A stretch of DNA of 34,252 nucleotides from a bacterium (lineage in GTDB: Bacteria; Electryoneota; Electryoneia; Electryoneales; Electryoneaceae), in contig JAZDLX010000095.1 of the NCBI GenBank assembly GCA_043801585.1, forward strand, positions 1 through 34,252. Reading direction: 5' to 3'. The notes under the pieces were generated by a model. It was given only the letters and a program-made list of their open reading frames with translations, did no database searches and was not told the origin of the DNA. Position numbers and translations under genes: made by a program. Shown here one piece after another: positions 29,061 through 34,252 of this stretch; position 1 is the stretch's first letter, and each line of letters begins with the position of its first letter.

Positions 29061-30464
29061 TTACCGGTAGACACGGTATCGGAGCAGGTTGATAAGCTGT
29101 TCGATTTTGGGGCGCTCGGGCTGCTCGAGGGTGTCGCGTTCGCGAATCGTTACGGTCCCATCCTCAAGCGTCTGGTGGTCCACCGTGAAGCAGAAAGGCG
29201 TTCCCGCTTCGTCCTGGCGGCGATACCGGCGGCCGATGTTGCCCGTCTCGTCGTAGAAGACGTTGAACTCCATCTTCAGGTCCGCGACGATCTTCTGCGC
29301 CAGCTCCGGCATCCCGTCTTTCTTCAACAGCGGCAGGACGGCGGCGGTGTAGGGAGCCACCTTCGGGTCGAGACGAAGTACGACGCGCTTCTCCCCGTTC
29401 ACTTCGTCCTCGTCGTAGGCGTCAACGAGCACCGCGAGCAGGCCACGGCTGAGACCCGCGGAGGTTTCCACGATGTACGGCAGGTACCGCTCACGGGTCT
29501 GATCGTCGAAGAACTTCAAATCCTTGCCGCTGTACTCCTCATGGCGGCGGAGGTCATAGTCCGTGCGGTTGTGGATCCCTTCGAACTCGCTCCAGCCGAA
29601 GGGGAAGTTGTATTCGATGTCGAACGCGGATTTCGCGTAGTGGGCGAGTTCGTCGGGAGTGTGCTCGTGGAAACGGAGGTTTTCCGCCTTGATTCCGATA
29701 ACGTCGCGCCAGTACGCCATCCGCTCCTCTTTCCAGTAGGCGAGGGCCTCGTCTTCTTGGCCCGGCCGGACGAAGTACTGCATCTCCATCTGCTCAAACT
29801 CGCGAGTGCGGAAAATGAAATTCCCGGGCGTGATCTCGTTCCGAAAAGCCTTGCCGATCTGAGCGATTCCGAACGGAGGGCGCAGGCGGGAAACCATCTG
29901 CACCTGCGGATAGTCCATGTAAATTCCCTGGGCCGTTTCCGGACGCAGGTAAACCGCGCCGGCGCTGTCTTCCATCGGACCGATGAATGTCTTGAACATC
30001 AGGTTGAAGCTGCGGGGCGGGGTCAGCGTGCCGCGATTGCCGCAATTAGGGCAGGGGAGCTGTGCGTAGCCGGGGTGGTTCGGGTCAAGGCTCGTGCCGT
30101 CTTTGGTGACCGGGGGCTCGTCCACACCCTTGGCTTTCTTCGCGTACTCGATAAGCTGGTCGGCGCGAAAACGGGTCTTGCACTGGCGGCAGTCAATCAG
30201 CGGGTCGACAAATCCTTCCACGTGGCCGCTCGCCTCCCAGGTGCGGGGGTGATAGATGATGGCGCTGTCGATGCCGACGATGTTGTCATGCTTGCGCACC
30301 ATTTCCCGCCACCACAGGTCGGCGATCTTCTTTTTCATCTCGACGCCCAGGGGGCCGTAGTCATAACTGGAGCCGATGCCACCGTAAATCTCGCTTGTGG
30401 GCATGACGAAGCCGCGGCGTTTTGCAAGCGCGACAATGACATCCATCAGGTTCTTCTGGGCCAT
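29061..30464 (-). CDS. glyQS: Glycine--tRNA ligase, dimeric (alpha2) type
   Basis: YDYGPLG, FNLMF, YLRPETAQG, FRNEITP, REFEQME, IGRRYRRQDEAGTP. Confidence 0.97.
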   Translation of the reverse strand: MAQKNLMDVIVALAKRRGFVMPTSEIYGGIGSSYDYGPLGVEMKKKIADLWWREMVRKHDNIVGIDSAIIYHPRTWEASGHVEGFVDPLIDCRQCKTRFRADQLIEYAKKAKGVDEPPVTKDGTSLDPNHPGYAQLPCPNCGNRGTLTPPRSFNLMFKTFIGPMEDSAGAVYLRPETAQGIYMDYPQVQMVSRLRPPFGIAQIGKAFRNEITPGNFIFRTREFEQMEMQYFVRPGQEDEALAYWKEERMAYWRDVIGIKAENLRFHEHTPDELAHYAKSAFDIEYNFPFGWSEFEGIHNRTDYDLRRHEEYSGKDLKFFDDQTRERYLPYIVETSAGLSRGLLAVLVDAYDEDEVNGEKRVVLRLDPKVAPYTAAVLPLLKKDGMPELAQKIVADLKMEFNVFYDETGNIGRRYRRQDEAGTPFCFTVDHQTLEDGTVTIRERDTLEQPERPKIEQLINLLRYRVYR

Positions 30465-30668
30465 GCTAAAGACCTCTTTTCAGAACGGAGAGCACAATTT
30501 CGCCCGCATCGAAACGGCTCAGGTCACGACCCGCGAATATAGCGGGCTCCACGGGCGTGGACAAACCCGAAAAGTGCCGGACGGCTCACCGGCAGGCCCG
30601 TTGTCATGCAAGCACTTGCGGCGAGAGCGGCTCAAACCTACTTTGCGTGCGGGACAGAGAGGGAGAGC

Positions 30669-31496
30669 ATGACCTTCAAAGAGCGTCTCGAACGTGCTGT
30701 CAGGCGGAGCCGGCTGTGTGTCGGGATCGATCCCGTTCCCGAAAAACTGCCCCGCGCGCTTCGTGGCAGACGGGATGGAATTGTCATTTTCATCGAAGAG
30801 ATCGTCCGGGCGACAGCGCCCTGGGCGGCTGCGTACAAGCCGAACTTTGCTTTTTTCGAAGCTCTTGGAAAACAGGGGGAAGAAGCGCTTCAACGGGCGA
30901 TCGAGGCGGTGCGTGACATGGCGCCCCACGCCGTGCTGATCGGCGACGGCAAACGGGGCGACATCGGCAGCACCGCTGAGCGGTACGCGATCGCTCTTTT
31001 CGAACGATGGGGTTTTGACGCTGCAACGGTGAATCCCTGGTTTGGAGCGGATGGCGTGAAGCCGTTCACCGAACGGCCGGAAAAAGGCGTCTATCTGCTC
31101 GCGGCGACCTCGAATCCATCGTCGGTTGAGGTTCAGGAGGCGGCGAAGATCGAAGATTCTCTTCCCGTAAGAATCGCCAGGCTTGCGGAGACCCAGTGGA
31201 ACGAGCACGATAACGTCGGACTTGTCGTGGGTGCAACACGGGTGGAAATCATGGCAGCCGTACGTTCGGCCGCTCCCCGTCTTCCGTGGTTAATTCCCGG
31301 CGTTGGCGCGCAGGGGGGCGACCTTGAGTCCGCTCTGATGCATGGTGTCGGCAGCCAAAGCGTGTCAAGTGTGGTGAATGCCTCGCGCAGCATTCTGTAC
31401 GCCTCGGCGGAGGATGATTTTGCCGAGGCGGCGGAACGTGAAGCGAGAATGCTCGCTCGCGCAATAGAGAAGGCAACAACATTGCCGGTTGCCTGA
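30669..31496 (+). CDS. pyrF: Orotidine-5'-phosphate decarboxylase
   Basis: LCVGIDP, YKPNFAFFE, DGKRGDIGST, LVVGAT, PGVGAQGG, NASRSILYA; ATG 30669 after GAGGGAG. Confidence 0.96.
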   Translation: MTFKERLERAVRRSRLCVGIDPVPEKLPRALRGRRDGIVIFIEEIVRATAPWAAAYKPNFAFFEALGKQGEEALQRAIEAVRDMAPHAVLIGDGKRGDIGSTAERYAIALFERWGFDAATVNPWFGADGVKPFTERPEKGVYLLAATSNPSSVEVQEAAKIEDSLPVRIARLAETQWNEHDNVGLVVGATRVEIMAAVRSAAPRLPWLIPGVGAQGGDLESALMHGVGSQSVSSVVNASRSILYASAEDDFAEAAEREARMLARAIEKATTLPVA

Positions 31497-32151
31497 GGGG
31501 GGTGACGTGGTGCTGAAAGACGACCCCAGGAAACTATACCTGAAAGAGAAACTCGCCTGCCGGGCGGAGGTGAGGAACAGGGTCTATACGTTCGACGTTC
31601 GAGTGGAAGATATTGACGCAAAGGGAATCATCACCACTCCGCCCGATCTCGGCGGGCCCAAGCTGGAAAAGGGAGCTGAAATACTCGTTCGTTATTACCG
31701 TTCGGATTCCGCCTACCAGTTTCTGACTTCGGTTCTTTCCTGGGAAGAGCGGACCGGGCGAATCCTGATGCGGATAGGATTCCCGAGCCAGATCACCCGT
31801 TACCAGCGAAGGCGCCATGTGCGCGCGGAGCTGAGTGGGTCAGTGAGATTCTACCTGACCACGGACGATCTGCCCTCGAGGGGTTTCCTGAAAGACCTCT
31901 CTGTGGGTGGCGTGCAGTTCCAGACGCAGCAAGTGGGCCTTTTTGCCAAGTCGCTGAATCCCGTTGGGCGCCGGTTGCTGGTGGACGTGATTCTCTCGGG
32001 GGGCGACGAATTCATCGGTCTTCCCGGCGAGATCCGCCGCGTCCTCCAAGACCTGCGCAGCAAAGGTTTTGTCAGCGTGCAGGTGAAGTTCCAGCAGCTT
32101 CAGCCGAAAGTCAAACAGGCGCTGGAAGACGTGACGGGCGGGAAGGCCTGA
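31489..32151 (+). CDS. PilZ-domain c-di-GMP effector (YcgR/flagellar-brake-like)
   Basis: QRRRHVR (RxxxR) and DLSVGG (DxSxxG) motifs after a beta-rich N-terminal domain; start may be GTG near 31507. Confidence 0.85.
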   Translation: MPEGGDVVLKDDPRKLYLKEKLACRAEVRNRVYTFDVRVEDIDAKGIITTPPDLGGPKLEKGAEILVRYYRSDSAYQFLTSVLSWEERTGRILMRIGFPSQITRYQRRRHVRAELSGSVRFYLTTDDLPSRGFLKDLSVGGVQFQTQQVGLFAKSLNPVGRRLLVDVILSGGDEFIGLPGEIRRVLQDLRSKGFVSVQVKFQQLQPKVKQALEDVTGGKA

Positions 32152-32198
32152 CCCTCCAACCGGCGACACGGTTCTTTGATGAAAGTGCAAGTGAGGCC

Positions 32199-32774
32199 AT
32201 GAACGACCAGGACGTGATGGATCTGTTGAAAAAGAGTGGGGCACTTCTTGAGGGGCATTTCAAGCTCGCGAGCGGCCTGCACTCTGATCGTTACGTGGAG
32301 AAATTCCGTCTTCTCGAACGGCCTGATGTCACCGAGATGCTGGTCCGTGAGCTCGCTGCAAGAGTCCGCAAATACCAGCCGGAAGTTGTTGTCGGCCCTG
32401 TGACCGGCGGCGTGATCCTCTCCTACGAGATGGCCCGTCAGCTTGGAACGAAAGCCTACTTTACCGAAAAGGCAACGGACGGCGGCATGGTGCTGCGCCG
32501 AGGTTTTGACGTTCGGGGCAAACGTGTGCTGCTCGTCGAGGACATTGTGACCACCGGCGGGAGTGTGCTGAAGACCGCGGAAGCGGTCCGGCAGGCGGGC
32601 GGTGAAGTGGTCGCCTTTGCGATTCTGGTCAACCGCTCGAGTGGACGTTTTCAGCCCGAGGCGCCGGTTGAGGCGCTTGTCACACTGGAGATACAGACCT
32701 GGCAGCCGGACGCACTCCCGGACCATCTGCAATCAACGCCTGTCACGGAACCGGGGAGCGGGCATGCCCGGTAA
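32199..32774 (+). CDS. pyrE: Orotate phosphoribosyltransferase
   Basis: GHFKLASGLHSDRY, VLLVEDIVTTGGS. Confidence 0.95.
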   Translation: MNDQDVMDLLKKSGALLEGHFKLASGLHSDRYVEKFRLLERPDVTEMLVRELAARVRKYQPEVVVGPVTGGVILSYEMARQLGTKAYFTEKATDGGMVLRRGFDVRGKRVLLVEDIVTTGGSVLKTAEAVRQAGGEVVAFAILVNRSSGRFQPEAPVEALVTLEIQTWQPDALPDHLQSTPVTEPGSGHAR

Positions 32775-33603
32775 ACCGGAAACATCCCTGAGCATCTGCC
32801 CTCTCGCCTCGGGAAGCAAGGGGAACTCCTACTGGATCGAAGGCGGAGGCACAACCATCCTGCTCGACGCAGGTCTCTCCATGCGCCAGCTTTCCCGCAG
32901 GGTCGAGGAAATCGGCCGCAGAATTGACGAGGTGGAGCATATCTTCGTCACCCACGAGCACAGCGATCATGTTTATGCATTGACCATGCTGCTGAAAAAA
33001 CAAAAGCCGGTGATCTGGGCGTCACGGGGCACTCTGCGCACAATCCGGCGCCGGATACCGGATGGAGCCAGGGTGCGGATGATGAATGGCGCGGTGGAAA
33101 TTGCGGGAGCATTCAGCGTCCGTTCCGTGAAAATTCGCCATGATGCAGTTGACCCTCTTGCGTACAGGTTTGATCTTGCTGGAGCCTCCGTGGCAGTGGT
33201 CACCGATCTGGGTTCGTGGGACAAGGCTGTGGTCGATACGATTGCCGGAGTCGACGTTCTCGTGTGTGAAGCAAACCATGATCCGCAGATGTTGGTCCAT
33301 GGCCCCTATCCGACCGCTCTGAAACGTCGGATCGCCAGCCATCTGGGCCATCTTTCCAACGAGGAGGGGGCGACCCTGGCGCTCAAGAGCGTGGAAAAGG
33401 GCACACGGACCGTTGTCCTGGGACACCTTTCGGAGGCGAACAATTCGCCCAGCCTGGCGCTTGATGTTTTTGCGGAGGTTTTTAGCGATGCGGGATTTTC
33501 CACGAAGATCGATGTCGCCTCTCAGGATCAACCGGGTCCTTTTGTGACTGTTGTGGCGCGAGCGGGCAAGACGAAAAAGACAGGACATTCGTCATCGAAA
33601 TGA
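32764..33603 (+). CDS. Metallo-beta-lactamase-fold hydrolase (YycJ/WalJ-like)
   Basis: LASGSKGN, THEHSDH, HDA, TDLG, EANHD, GHLSN, GHLS. Confidence 0.92.
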   Translation: MPGKPETSLSICPLASGSKGNSYWIEGGGTTILLDAGLSMRQLSRRVEEIGRRIDEVEHIFVTHEHSDHVYALTMLLKKQKPVIWASRGTLRTIRRRIPDGARVRMMNGAVEIAGAFSVRSVKIRHDAVDPLAYRFDLAGASVAVVTDLGSWDKAVVDTIAGVDVLVCEANHDPQMLVHGPYPTALKRRIASHLGHLSNEEGATLALKSVEKGTRTVVLGHLSEANNSPSLALDVFAEVFSDAGFSTKIDVASQDQPGPFVTVVARAGKTKKTGHSSSK

Positions 33604-33653
33604 TCTGAAGGATACGTCCCAACAGCGGATGGGACGCCAACGAGGAGCGAACC

Positions 33654-34252
33654 ATGAACCGGATGAACATCGTGTTGCGTGTGTTGGCGGTGGGGTTGCT
33701 GCTGATCGCCGCGGCGCTGGCCATCCTCGGGTGCGGAGGAGGTGTGAAAAAAGAAGTGGCGGTGATGCAGACGGATATGGGAACGGTGATTCTGGGTTTT
33801 TACCCGGACATTGCGTCAAAAACAGTGGCTCGATTCAAGGAACTGGCTCGCGAAGGATTTTATGATGGCGTCCTTTTCCACCGCGTAATTCCCGGCTTTG
33901 TCGTGCAATCCGGCGACCCTAAAACGAAAGACCCGAATACTCCTCCGATGGAATATGGAACGGGGGGCAGTGGCCAGAACCTCCCGGCAGAGTTCAGTGA
34001 ATTGAAACACAAGCGCGGCACGCTCGCCATGGCCCGGGCGCAGGATCCCAATTCCGCGGACAGCCAGTTCTACATCGCCCTCGAAGCCCAGCCACACCTG
34101 GATGGGAAATACACCATCTTCGGAGAGGTCCTCAAAGGAATGGATGTGATCGACCGGATCGCCGCGGTCGAGACCGACGCACGGGACGTGCCTCGTCAAC
34201 CGATCCACATCCTTTCGATCAAAATCGTCAGCCGTAAGGAGGCCGGACTCGA
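33654..34252 (+). CDS. Cyclophilin-type peptidyl-prolyl isomerase, probable lipoprotein (3'-truncated; absent from the ORF track)
   Basis: Manual translation from ATG 33654 (GAGGAG RBS): ILGC lipobox, FYDGVLFHRVIPGFVVQSGDP, GTLAMAR, SADSQFYI, HLDGKYTIFG. Confidence 0.93.
   Translation, partial: MNRMNIVLRVLAVGLLLIAAALAILGCGGGVKKEVAVMQTDMGTVILGFYPDIASKTVARFKELAREGFYDGVLFHRVIPGFVVQSGDPKTKDPNTPPMEYGTGGSGQNLPAEFSELKHKRGTLAMARAQDPNSADSQFYIALEAQPHLDGKYTIFGEVLKGMDVIDRIAAVETDARDVPRQPIHILSIKIVSRKEAGL

Noticed and set aside
29025..30542. 505-aa plus-strand ORF
   Set aside because: Antisense shadow of glyQS; the same applies to 2159..3073, 3602..4624, 16875..17927 and 24488..25564 opposite well-supported genes
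33615..33636. Hairpin CGTCCC...GGGACG after the MBL gene
   Set aside because: No U-tract, so not called as a terminator

Overview
Bacterial chromosomal replication-origin region. The S8 protease with a PNPFN/FlgD-Ig tail and the dimeric-type GlyRS suggest an FCB-superphylum organism (inference). The window opens with the 3' end of dnaA, an oriC (DnaA boxes plus a DnaA-trio-like element), dnaN, dciA (DUF721) and gyrB. recF and gyrA are missing from their usual positions. Directly after gyrB is the most interesting feature, a tightly coupled 8-gene block: a 44-aa peptide with a lasso-type RRE-binding leader (WxxPxIxxxG) and a short non-lasso core (SDEPDPWGGP), a soluble S24/S26 Ser-His peptidase, an NTP_transf_5 nucleotidyltransferase, a PqqD/RRE protein, an HPr-kinase-like kinase, then Wza-, Wzc- and O-antigen-ligase-like genes. 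There is no lasso cyclase, radical SAM enzyme or glycosyltransferase, so this looks like a candidate new RRE-dependent RiPP system linked to polysaccharide export. Next comes the rpmH-rnpA-yidD-yidC-mnmE-mnmG-rsmG block on the minus strand, displaced from its usual place upstream of dnaA. It carries two parS sites and an rnpA frameshifted at a T9 run. The rest is mostly housekeeping genes (LeuC/HacA-type large subunit, EamA, pepA, panD, glyQS, pyrF, PilZ protein, pyrE, MBL hydrolase, cyclophilin) plus a secreted subtilase and two poorly characterised ORFs. All calls are from motif recognition by eye; no searches were run.
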